Positions 9,313 through 17,355 of a DNA stretch of 38,318 bases are shown here, piece by piece. Made by a program: the position numbers and the translations under genes. Origin of the DNA: Actinomycetota bacterium (GTDB lineage: Bacteria; Actinomycetota; Humimicrobiia; Humimicrobiales; Humimicrobiaceae); assembly GCA_003563375.1 (NCBI GenBank), contig PWSB01000237.1, positions 1-38,318 on the forward strand. The letters are read 5' to 3'. The first letter of the stretch is position 1, and each line of letters opens with the position of its first letter. The notes beneath the pieces were generated by a model. That model worked only from the letters and a program-made list of their open reading frames with translations, searched no databases and had not been told where the DNA came from.

Positions 9313-9909
9313 TTAAAAAAAACCGTAACTTGAATAGATAAACAATGAGCTTATGGCCGAGATAATCGAACCAAGTATTACCTGCGGGATGGTATGCCTT
9401 TTTATCCTTACCCGGGCCCATCCTATAAAAGGGATCAAAACAAGCAGGAGCAGCATCCAGCCCCCGAATAATATAAAAAAAGTTATAGATACAACAGTAA
9501 TCCAGCTGGTATGGAAGCTTATTTTCCAAAAATAGGTGATGGTGGTAAGTATTAACATGGTAACTATGCTTACTGCAAAAATGGACCTGAGGAAAACGGG
9601 AGCATCCAGTACATAGAGTATAAAAAATCCCATAACATAGCTTATTATGGTCACTACCAGGGGTTTGATCCTGTTTTCACGGTTTGGGAGATGAAGGTCA
9701 TAGATCTTTTTTTTATGGTACAGCAAAAATATATACATGAACGGTATTATGCTTACAAATAATAAACAGAGCACTGCCCAGCCTATGGCCAAGCCAAGGT
9801 TGTCCACTACCTGCAGGCATATAATTATGAATACCGGTATGGATATGTAGGAACCATCAAAAATATAGGATACTGCTGTGGCAATCTTTTTCATTTTACT
9901 GACCCACAT
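9313..9909 (-). CDS. Small polytopic membrane protein, PAP2-phosphatase-like
   Basis: The 198-aa protein has about 6 TM segments. SFHTS and RVRIKRHTIPQ resemble the PAP2 SGH and RX5HX3D motifs, with the last Asp replaced by Gln. Confidence 0.45.
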   Translation of the reverse strand: MWVSKMKKIATAVSYIFDGSYISIPVFIIICLQVVDNLGLAIGWAVLCLLFVSIIPFMYIFLLYHKKKIYDLHLPNRENRIKPLVVTIISYVMGFFILYVLDAPVFLRSIFAVSIVTMLILTTITYFWKISFHTSWITVVSITFFILFGGWMLLLLVLIPFIGWARVRIKRHTIPQVILGSIISAISSLFIYSSYGFF

Positions 9910-10015
9910 TATACATATAAACCAGACTATTTTAAACTAAATCCTCAAATATTTGTTGACACCCTGTAGAAAGGGTGGTAGGTTTTAAATCGATTTATCA
10001 TTGCTTTTTGTGCTA

Positions 10016-11173
10016 ATGGACAGTTTACCTGATTATATATATTTTGACCATGCAGCTACAACCCCTGTACTGCCTGATGTTGTCCAGGAGATGTCGACTT
10101 GTCTAAATAAATTTTATGGCAACCCTTCTGAACCTCACCTCCCCGGAAGAGAAGCAAATAAAATATTGCAGAACTCAAAACAGACTATCGGCAAAGCTAT
10201 GAATTGCTCGCCGGAACAGATAATCTTTACAAGCGGGGCAACCGAGAGCAATAACCTGGCCATTTTCGGAGCGGCAGAGGCATACCAAAAAAAAGGAAAC
10301 CATATCATAACCTCCAGCATAGAGCATCCTTCTGCAATAATGCCTCTAAGACGATTACAGAGAAAGGGCTTTGAGGTCACCTATATCCCGGTAGATGCCA
10401 ACGGTATAATAGATCCAGAAGAGGTTAGAAGGGCAATAAGGCCAGAGACTGTTATGGCTTCCATTATGCATGCTAATAATATATTCGGAACCATTGAACC
10501 TATTGCTCAGATAGGGAATATCCTAAAAGAGAGGGGAATAGTGTTCCATAGCGATGCCGCACAAACCTTTTGCAATATAGACATAGATGCAGAAAAGCTA
10601 AATGTAGACCTTCTTTCAATCTCGGGCCACAAGTTTTACGGGCCAAAAGGCATAGGGGCCCTATATATTAGGAAAGGCACCAGAATAATGCCGCAGCTCT
10701 TCGGTGGAGGACAGCAGAGAGGGGTGCGGCCGGGTACAGAAAATATTCCTGCTGTCGCAGGCCTGGCAAAAGCCTGCCAGATAGGGCAGAGAAACCTTGT
10801 CGCAAACATTATTAAAGTCACGGTCCTCCGGGAATATCTTATAGAAAAGGCGCTCAATAGTATAGAGGATATAAGGCTTTGCGGCCACCCCGTAAAAAGG
10901 CTTCCCGGAAACTGCTGTTTTATCCTTAAAAATATCAGCGGTAAAGCAATGGTGGCCGAACTAGACAAGGCAAGCATCGCTGTCTCTGGAAGCTCTGCAT
11001 GTGCAGCGTCTTCCATTAAACCTGCTTCAGCGATCACTTCACTGGGGATAAGCTGTGATGAAGCAGTGGGATCTGTAAGAATATCTTTGGGTTTTGAAAA
11101 TACCTTAAAGGAAATAGATTACTTCCTCAAAGTTTTTCCCCCCATTGTTAACAAACTTCGGTCTGGCCTTTAG
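10016..11173 (+). CDS. Cysteine desulfurase (class V aminotransferase, NifS/IscS type)
   Basis: It has YFDHAATTP, the PLP-Lys block SISGHKFYGPKGIGALYIR and the active-site loop SGSSACAAS. The track start at 10001 is TTG, and in-frame GTG (10010) and ATG (10016) follow. The start is uncertain. Confidence 0.85.
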   Translation: MDSLPDYIYFDHAATTPVLPDVVQEMSTCLNKFYGNPSEPHLPGREANKILQNSKQTIGKAMNCSPEQIIFTSGATESNNLAIFGAAEAYQKKGNHIITSSIEHPSAIMPLRRLQRKGFEVTYIPVDANGIIDPEEVRRAIRPETVMASIMHANNIFGTIEPIAQIGNILKERGIVFHSDAAQTFCNIDIDAEKLNVDLLSISGHKFYGPKGIGALYIRKGTRIMPQLFGGGQQRGVRPGTENIPAVAGLAKACQIGQRNLVANIIKVTVLREYLIEKALNSIEDIRLCGHPVKRLPGNCCFILKNISGKAMVAELDKASIAVSGSSACAASSIKPASAITSLGISCDEAVGSVRISLGFENTLKEIDYFLKVFPPIVNKLRSGL

Positions 11174-11310
11174 CATATTCCTGTTTTATTTCAATTTAAT
11201 ATGGTATTTTATTAACATAAATATTAGAAATGGAACGAAAGCATATTAAGATGTTTTAGGGCCGCAGTTATCAAGCTGCCTATTACCGGCAAAGTAAAGT
11301 AGGGGGAAAA

Positions 11311-13050
11311 ATAACAACTTTAAGGCTATACGGTGGACAAATAAACCCCACTGTAGGGGATATAAAAGGCAATTTTAATTTAATTGCCCGTCATATCAAA
11401 AATGCAAAAGAGATGGAGGCAGATATTGCGATATTCCCTGAGCTGAGCCTTACCGGCTATCCCCCAGAGGACCTTCTATTAAAGCCTTCCTTTATTGAGG
11501 AAAACCAAAAATTTATTCATAAGCTTGCTGATTATACTGACAATATAATAGCTATTGTCGGTTTTGCATTCAAAGGAGAGGGGCTTTATAATTCTGCTGC
11601 AGTGCTGTGCAATAGAAAAATAATCCATGTTTGCCATAAACAGTTCCTTCCCAATTACTCGGTGTTTGATGAAGAAAGATATTTTCAGAAAGGAAGCAGC
11701 AATACTGTTCTAGAAATAGATGATGTAACGGTGGGGATCAATATTTGTGAGGACATATACTATTCTGCAGGTCCTGCAGCCGTACAGTCATTAGCAGGAG
11801 GGGCATCCCTGATTATAAATATTTCAGCCTCTCCTTATTATATTGGCAGGATACAGCAAAGGGAAAAACTTTTTTTTGCCAGGGCAGTAGATAACAGGAC
11901 AAATATATTTTATCTTAACTTGGCCGGGGGCCAGGATGAACTAGTTTTTGACGGAAGCAGCATGGCAATAAATGAAAATGGTGATATCCTGGGCAGGGCA
12001 AAGCCTTTTTGCCAGGACAGACTGGTTCTAGACCTGGACCTTTCGGGGGTTAAGTTTGCACGGCTTGAAGACAATAAATATAAAAATCAGAGGCTTTCAC
12101 ACAAGGACAGCAAGGTTGATATTGTTAATACAGAATTCAGGGTTAAGGATAAAAAAAGGAAATTGGCAGACCGGGCGGATTATTACGAAAAAATGATTGC
12201 CTGTCCAGAAGAAGAAGCCTTCAACGCTCTGGTAGCCGGTACTAGGGATTATGTATTAAAAAATGGTTTCAGTAAAGCCGTTCTTGGATTAAGCGGAGGT
12301 ATTGATTCCGCCCTTACTGCTGTAATAGCTTCTTTTGCGCTTGGAAATGAAAATGTAAACGCCTTGATTATGCCTTCAATTTATTCATCTGAGGACAGCA
12401 TGGGGGATTCAGAAAAGCTATCTGCAAATTTGGGGATAAACCATATAATGGTTCCTATAACCGATATATATGAGATATACCTTGCCAGCCTCAATCATCT
12501 GCTTAAAACCAGCGAGATCAATATTACCAAGGAAAACATCCAGGCAAGGATAAGGGGCAATATACTTATGGCCATGGCCAATGAATTCCAATGGGTGGTC
12601 CTGGCTACGGGTAACAAGAGCGAGACCAGTGTGGGTTATACCACTCTCTATGGCGACATGGCGGGTGGTTTTTCTCCCATCAAGGATGTATACAAGACTA
12701 TGGTCTATAAAATATGCAGGTTTTTAAATAAAAAATATGCTAACTTGATTCCTTACAATATTCTGGAAAGGCCGCCGTCTGCGGAACTTAAGCCCGACCA
12801 GAAAGACGAGGATAAGCTTCCCAGGTATGAGATATTGGATTTAATATTAAAATCCTATATAGAAGAGGAAAAAGATTATGCTTCAATTGTTAAAATGGGC
12901 ATTGACCCCCAAGTTGTAAAAGAAGTAATAAATATGGTCGATTCTAGCGAATATAAAAGAAGGCAGGGAGCTCCAGGTATAAAAATAACTCCCCGTGCTT
13001 TCGGCAAGGACAGAAGGTATCCCATAACCAACGCTTTCAGGCTTGAGTGA
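11311..13050 (+). CDS. nadE: Glutamine-dependent NAD+ synthetase
   Basis: It combines a nitrilase-type domain (FPELSLTGYPPEDL, NICED) with an NAD synthetase PP-loop (GLSGGIDSA). The track start (ATG 11413) removes the conserved N-terminal strand. In-frame upstream sequence ...TTLRLYGGQINPTVGDIKGN... is clearly NadE-like. No ATG, GTG or TTG lies between the in-frame stop (11257) and 11413. The ATA at 11311 follows a GGGGG tract (11302-11306). Confidence 0.8.
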   Translation: MTTLRLYGGQINPTVGDIKGNFNLIARHIKNAKEMEADIAIFPELSLTGYPPEDLLLKPSFIEENQKFIHKLADYTDNIIAIVGFAFKGEGLYNSAAVLCNRKIIHVCHKQFLPNYSVFDEERYFQKGSSNTVLEIDDVTVGINICEDIYYSAGPAAVQSLAGGASLIINISASPYYIGRIQQREKLFFARAVDNRTNIFYLNLAGGQDELVFDGSSMAINENGDILGRAKPFCQDRLVLDLDLSGVKFARLEDNKYKNQRLSHKDSKVDIVNTEFRVKDKKRKLADRADYYEKMIACPEEEAFNALVAGTRDYVLKNGFSKAVLGLSGGIDSALTAVIASFALGNENVNALIMPSIYSSEDSMGDSEKLSANLGINHIMVPITDIYEIYLASLNHLLKTSEINITKENIQARIRGNILMAMANEFQWVVLATGNKSETSVGYTTLYGDMAGGFSPIKDVYKTMVYKICRFLNKKYANLIPYNILERPPSAELKPDQKDEDKLPRYEILDLILKSYIEEEKDYASIVKMGIDPQVVKEVINMVDSSEYKRRQGAPGIKITPRAFGKDRRYPITNAFRLE

Positions 13051-13736
13051 AACCTGTTATTTTAAAAATGAACGTTATCATTTATTCAAATAATGCAAAA
13101 CTTATACAGCACATAATCCGTTTGCTCTCTGGCCAGGGTTTTTTGGTAAAGAGCCAGCAACTTTATCAAGTTACAACTGATTTAAAAAAATCCAGACTGG
13201 TAGTAGTAGATATAACCAGCTTGAAAACCAGGTTAGCCCTGCCTGAGGCATTTTGTGAAAAAATAAATAGGCAAAATATACCAATATTGCTGGTTTTAAG
13301 CTACAGCCAGGCTTATTTTTTAAATACTGACCAACTGCAGTATAGTGATTTTATATTTTTGGAACATATTGACCATGAGCTCGGGCCCAGGATAAGAAGA
13401 ATATTGCCAAACCAAGCTATTGGTTCTCCAAGAGAAGTGATAACTATTGGGGGCCTGTCACTAAATAAAGATAAATACGAGCTTAGCATAGAAAACGCTC
13501 CCATAGAGCTTACCTATAAAGAATACCAGCTACTAAAGCTTCTGGTTGAAAACAAGAATAAGGTTTTCTCCCGATCCAAACTTCTTTCGGTAATTTGGGA
13601 ATATGATTACTTTGGCGGAAGCAGGACTGTGGATGTGCATATAAGGAGGCTTAGGGCTAAACTCCCGCCCCCATACAACCTAATGCTTAAAACGGTCAGG
13701 AATGTAGGCTATATGTTTTCTCCAGATTTAACTTAG
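13047..13736 (+). CDS. OmpR/PhoB-family winged-helix regulator with a degenerate (pseudo-)receiver domain
   Basis: The C-terminus (LTYKEYQLLKLLVENKNKVFSRSKLL...RTVDVHIRRLRAKL...VRNVGYMF) is Trans_reg_C-like. In the N-terminal domain SNN replaces the acidic DD pair and no K-P-F Lys is evident. The GTG start overlaps the nadE stop (GTGA). An alternative ATG lies at 13068. Confidence 0.75.
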   Translation: MKPVILKMNVIIYSNNAKLIQHIIRLLSGQGFLVKSQQLYQVTTDLKKSRLVVVDITSLKTRLALPEAFCEKINRQNIPILLVLSYSQAYFLNTDQLQYSDFIFLEHIDHELGPRIRRILPNQAIGSPREVITIGGLSLNKDKYELSIENAPIELTYKEYQLLKLLVENKNKVFSRSKLLSVIWEYDYFGGSRTVDVHIRRLRAKLPPPYNLMLKTVRNVGYMFSPDLT

Positions 13737-13813
13737 TTTCAAACCTCCATTTAACTCACTTGCAATAATAGCCAGCTAAAATATTCCCGTTATCATCGAA
13801 TTGAGGGGCTTGT

Positions 13814-13939
13814 ATGGATACTATTTGGATTTTGATTGCAGCTTTCCTTGTATTTTTTATGCAGGCAGGTTTTGCTATGGTGGAAGCTGGTTTTCCCCGG
13901 CCAAAAAATACTGTAAACATATTAATGAAAAACGGTTAA
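13814..13939 (+). pseudogene. amt: Ammonium transporter (Amt) N-terminal remnant, 41 codons
   Basis: My translation is [41 protein letters not shown]. This matches the Amt/AmtB first helix and the AGF..EAG..R.KN..NILMKN signature. A GAGGGG SD is retained. The reading frame stops where the family continues for about 400 more residues. Confidence 0.75.
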
Positions 13940-14017
13940 GAATTTACATACATTTAACATAACAGTCATAATATATGTTGTATAATACCAAACATCATAA
14001 ACTATGAGGAGAATAAA

Positions 14018-15355
14018 ATGAAAAACAATGACCAGATGAAGGAATATGTTTTAAAAAAAGCAGTAGAAAATGATATTAAATTTATTAGATTGTGGTTCAC
14101 CGATGTACAGGGCTTTTTAAAAAGCTTTGCCATAACCGTAGAGGAACTGGAAAATGCAATGTCTGAAGGAATGGGTTTTGATGGATCTTCTATTGAGGGT
14201 TTTTCGAGGATAGAGGAAAGCGATGTTATCGCCATGCCTGATCCCAGTACCTTCCAAATACTTCCATGGAGTCCCAAACAGCATGGGGTAGCCAGGATGT
14301 TCTGCGATATACTGGAACCAGACGGCAGCCATTTTGGGGGAGATCCCAGATGGGTCTTAAAAAGGACCCTGAAAAAGGCCAAAGAAATGGGATATACATT
14401 TTATGTCGGCCCGGAACTAGAGTTTTTCTATTTCAGATCAAATGAAGGTGCGCCTGAAATACTTGATAAAGGCGGTTATTTTGATCTCACTACCCTGGAT
14501 GTAGCTAGTGGTTTAAGAAGAGATACAGTCCTTTACCTTGAAGCAATGGGCATAGGTGTTGAATATTCCCACCATGAGGTTGCTCCTTCACAGCATGAAA
14601 TAGACTTAAGGTATACAGACGCACTCAGCATGGCAGACAACGCTATGACCTACAGGCTGATTGTAAAAGAGGTAGCTACAAGACATGGGGTCTATGCTAC
14701 TTTTATGCCCAAACCCTTGTTCGGAGTAAATGGAAGCGGAATGCATACCCATCAATCCCTATTTAAAGATGACCGTAATATATTTTATAACCCTGATGAT
14801 AAATATCAGCTGTCCAATGAGGGCAAGGCTTATATATCAGGGATGCTGGAACATTCAAAGGAAATAGTTGCCATAACCAACCAGTGGGTCAATTCTTACA
14901 AGAGGCTGGTACCAGGATATGAGGCACCTGTTTATATATCCTGGGCACGGAGGAACCGGTCCACTCTGGTTAGGGTGCCGATGTATAAACCTGGAAAAGA
15001 AAATTCTACAAGGATAGAGTTTAGATGCCCCGACCCTGCATGCAATCCCTATCTTGCTTTTAGTGTAATGCTTGCTGCAGGACTTAAGGGAATTAACGAA
15101 AGCTATCCTTTAAAAGATCCTATTGAAGAAAATATATTTGAAATGGATGAGAAAAAAAGGGAACAGGCAGGAATAGAGACATTGCCCAATAATCTTTTTG
15201 AGGCAGTCAAGATAATGGAAAAAAGCGAACTTGTCAAAGAGACCCTTGGAAACCATATATTTGAGAAATTCATTGAAAATAAAAAGATCGAGTGGGAAAG
15301 ATACAGGACCCATATTTCCCTTTATGAACTAGAAAATTATTTTTCTGTCCTTTAA
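14018..15355 (+). CDS. glnA: Glutamine synthetase, type I
   Basis: The 445-aa protein has FTDVQG, GPELEFF, KPLFGVNGSGMHTHQSL and NPYLAF blocks. A GAGGAG SD lies upstream. Confidence 0.95.
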   Translation: MKNNDQMKEYVLKKAVENDIKFIRLWFTDVQGFLKSFAITVEELENAMSEGMGFDGSSIEGFSRIEESDVIAMPDPSTFQILPWSPKQHGVARMFCDILEPDGSHFGGDPRWVLKRTLKKAKEMGYTFYVGPELEFFYFRSNEGAPEILDKGGYFDLTTLDVASGLRRDTVLYLEAMGIGVEYSHHEVAPSQHEIDLRYTDALSMADNAMTYRLIVKEVATRHGVYATFMPKPLFGVNGSGMHTHQSLFKDDRNIFYNPDDKYQLSNEGKAYISGMLEHSKEIVAITNQWVNSYKRLVPGYEAPVYISWARRNRSTLVRVPMYKPGKENSTRIEFRCPDPACNPYLAFSVMLAAGLKGINESYPLKDPIEENIFEMDEKKREQAGIETLPNNLFEAVKIMEKSELVKETLGNHIFEKFIENKKIEWERYRTHISLYELENYFSVL

Positions 15356-15373
15356 AGCGAAGGTGAAAATAAA

Positions 15374-15610
15374 TTAAAGTACATCCAAAACGATACAGGT
15401 CATGGTGTCTTTGACCATACTAAAGTTCTGGATTTTTGATACTACAGTTTTTTTAAGTGACTCAAGATCACTTTCTTCTACAAAAACTATAATATCGTAT
15501 GGTCCGGTCACCGTATGGGCCTGGTTCACCCCTTTGGTTTTCCTGATTTTGGCAAGTGCATCGTTTTGCATGCCAGGCTCGACCTTTATGAGCACATAAG
15601 CGTAAAACAT
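15374..15610 (-). CDS. Stand-alone Lrp/AsnC-type ligand-binding (RAM) domain protein
   Basis: The 78-aa protein (MFYAYVLIKVEPG...V..AHTVTGPYDIIVFVE...) fits the AsnC_trans_reg domain pattern and has no HTH. Confidence 0.7.
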   Translation of the reverse strand: MFYAYVLIKVEPGMQNDALAKIRKTKGVNQAHTVTGPYDIIVFVEESDLESLKKTVVSKIQNFSMVKDTMTCIVLDVL

Positions 15611-15694
15611 CTTTCCTCCGTTTATCCGGTTTTTACGGAATATAGCATTTATTATCCCTTTTTTCTATACCTGTTTTTTAGCTATAAAGCTTGC

Positions 15695-15723
15695 TTGATT
15701 TATGGGTTGTCTGTTTATATAAT
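15695..15723 (+). promoter_or_regulatory. Sigma-70-type promoter for the aldolase gene
   Basis: TTGATT (15695-15700), a 17-nt spacer and TATAAT (15718-15723) lie about 40 nt upstream of the ATG. Confidence 0.5.
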
Positions 15724-15764
15724 CTAATAAAATATTTAGAAACACAATACAAAAGGATAAGTTA

Positions 15765-16778
15765 ATGGCTCTTATTAATCTGAAGGACCTTCTTTTGCAT
15801 GCTAAAGAGAACAAATATGCCGTTGGTTCTTTTAATGTCACCAACCTCGACCTAATCGACACTTTTATAGACGCATCTGTCGAAGAAAATTCTCCTATTA
15901 TTATGCAGGTCGCTGAAGTCCATTTTAAATACCTGAAACTTGAAGAAATAGGACCCACGCTGACCAATGCTGCAAATAAGGTCAACATACCTATCTGTAT
16001 ACACCTTGATCACGGCCAGAGCCTCAAATCCGTGCTTAGAGCCATAAGGGCAGGTTTTACGTCTGTAATGTATGATGGGAGCAAATATCCCCTTGAAGAA
16101 AATATTGCCCGGACCAAAGAAGTTGTAAAGATAGCCCACAGCGTAGGGGTTAGCGTTGAAGGTGAGATCGGAGCCGTTGGAGGAGAGGCAGTTGGGGAAG
16201 AGGCAGCAACTGCACATGCAGCCCAAAAGGATCTCTTCACTAAAATAGATGAAGCTGTAAGATTCCAACAGGAGACTGGTGTTGATGCTATGGCAATAGC
16301 TATAGGCAATGTGCATGGTCTGTATAAAGGTGAACCCGAACTTGATTTTGACAGGTTAAAAAGCATCAGTGATGCAGCCGGCATCCCATTGGTCCTGCAT
16401 GGTGGATCAGGGATATCTGATAATGATTTTAAAAAAGCTATCAGCCTGGGCATATGCAAGATCAATTTTTATACCGGAATAACCCAGAATGCAGTAAACA
16501 ATGTAAGGCAGTATCTTGAAGCTAACCCAGGAGCAATAAGCTATCCTGATATGGCTAAAAAAGCCATGGATGCTGCAAAAGAAACTGTCAAAGAGGTCAT
16601 GAGGGTATTTGGAAGCTCAAAGATGTGCGTTGCAGACAAATCATTATGCATCTCTTGTGACGAGGAAAGTTGTGAGGCTCTGGACCCAAGATTTCAACCA
16701 GAAGCAAAAACAGTCCTCTACTCAGAGCTAGTTGAAAAGATCTCCAAGGAAGTGTTGTCTCAACTGGGTAAAAAATAA
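15765..16778 (+). CDS. fba: Class II ketose-bisphosphate aldolase (FBA/tagatose-BP aldolase family) with a Cys-rich C-terminal extension
   Basis: YAVGSFNV, IHLDHG and LVLHGGSG are class II aldolase zinc and phosphate motifs. The core ends near FGSS (residue ~285). A further 52 aa carry CVADKSLCISCDEESC. Confidence 0.85.
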   Translation: MALINLKDLLLHAKENKYAVGSFNVTNLDLIDTFIDASVEENSPIIMQVAEVHFKYLKLEEIGPTLTNAANKVNIPICIHLDHGQSLKSVLRAIRAGFTSVMYDGSKYPLEENIARTKEVVKIAHSVGVSVEGEIGAVGGEAVGEEAATAHAAQKDLFTKIDEAVRFQQETGVDAMAIAIGNVHGLYKGEPELDFDRLKSISDAAGIPLVLHGGSGISDNDFKKAISLGICKINFYTGITQNAVNNVRQYLEANPGAISYPDMAKKAMDAAKETVKEVMRVFGSSKMCVADKSLCISCDEESCEALDPRFQPEAKTVLYSELVEKISKEVLSQLGKK

Positions 16779-16781
16779 TCT

Positions 16782-16802
16782 CTAAATTCCATTTGAATTT
16801 AG
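16782..16802. terminator. AT-rich hairpin between convergent aldolase and Rrf2 genes
   Basis: CTAAATTC (16782-16789) and GAATTTAG (16795-16802) form an 8-bp stem with a 5-nt loop. Predicted stability is weak. Confidence 0.3.
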
Positions 16803-16812
16803 GTTATAATTA

Positions 16813-17232
16813 TTAACTGGTGAGGTCTGGGCTTCTCTGTAACATATCTTTCAGTGTGACCCCATCAAGTTTTTCGTAGATCTCAGTATTTACTTCTGCC
16901 CAAATCTCCCTGGTCACACATTCCTCTTTGCGCTGGCAAAATCCTGAGTCATCTATGCATTCAACCAATTTTATGGGCCCTTCGACAGCTTCTATGATTT
17001 CCCTCAAATTGATCTTTCCCGGAGGCCTGGCAAGCATGTACCCGCCATGGGCACCCCTGGTTGATTTAAGCAGCCCGGCTATTTTAAGAGGCATGATCAG
17101 CTGGGAGAGGTACTTAAGAGAGATTTCCTGTGCCTTACTTATGTCCTTTAAAAAAATAGGCCCTTCTTTATGTCTTTTTGCAAGCTCCAGCATAAGCCTG
17201 GTGCTGTATCTTCCTCTGGTTGATAGTCTCAT
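16813..17232 (-). CDS. Rrf2-family transcriptional regulator (IscR/CymR-like) with three Cys
   Basis: MRLSTRGRYSTRLMLELA... is an Rrf2 wHTH. The C-terminal part has CIDDSGFCQRKEEC, a potential Fe-S ligand set. Confidence 0.85.
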   Translation of the reverse strand: MRLSTRGRYSTRLMLELAKRHKEGPIFLKDISKAQEISLKYLSQLIMPLKIAGLLKSTRGAHGGYMLARPPGKINLREIIEAVEGPIKLVECIDDSGFCQRKEECVTREIWAEVNTEIYEKLDGVTLKDMLQRSPDLTS

Positions 17233-17287
17233 TTTTTATATTATTACTATTTTAATGGAAAAAGTATTATATTATAAATAAGGGCAA

Positions 17288-17316
17288 TTGACAAATAAAT
17301 AGCTATAAATTAATAT
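17288..17316 (+). promoter_or_regulatory. Sigma-70-type promoter for metX-metW
   Basis: TTGACA (17288-17293), a 17-nt spacer and TAATAT (17311-17316). The ACTATA-N5-TATAGT palindrome at 17319-17335 follows directly. Confidence 0.5.
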
Positions 17317-17355
17317 ACACTATAAAATCTATAGTATTAATAGTGAATTACAATT

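Noticed and set aside
11230-11259. 9-codon mini-ORF (MERKHIKMF*) upstream of nadE, considered as a leader peptide.
   Set aside because: It has no SD, no associated alternative hairpins, and no run of regulatory codons.
13940-14017. Searched the glnA upstream region for a GlnR/TnrA box (TGTNAN7TNACA) or a glutamine riboswitch.
   Set aside because: No 17-bp match with both TGT.A and T.ACA arms was found on either strand. The 78-bp leader is too short and too AT-rich for a structured glnA RNA motif. Only a TATAAT box at 13981-13986 is evident.
17233-17355. Possible SAM riboswitch or T-box leader upstream of metX.
   Set aside because: Only about 40 nt lie between the predicted -10 and the ATG. 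The region is almost pure A/T and lacks the conserved helices.
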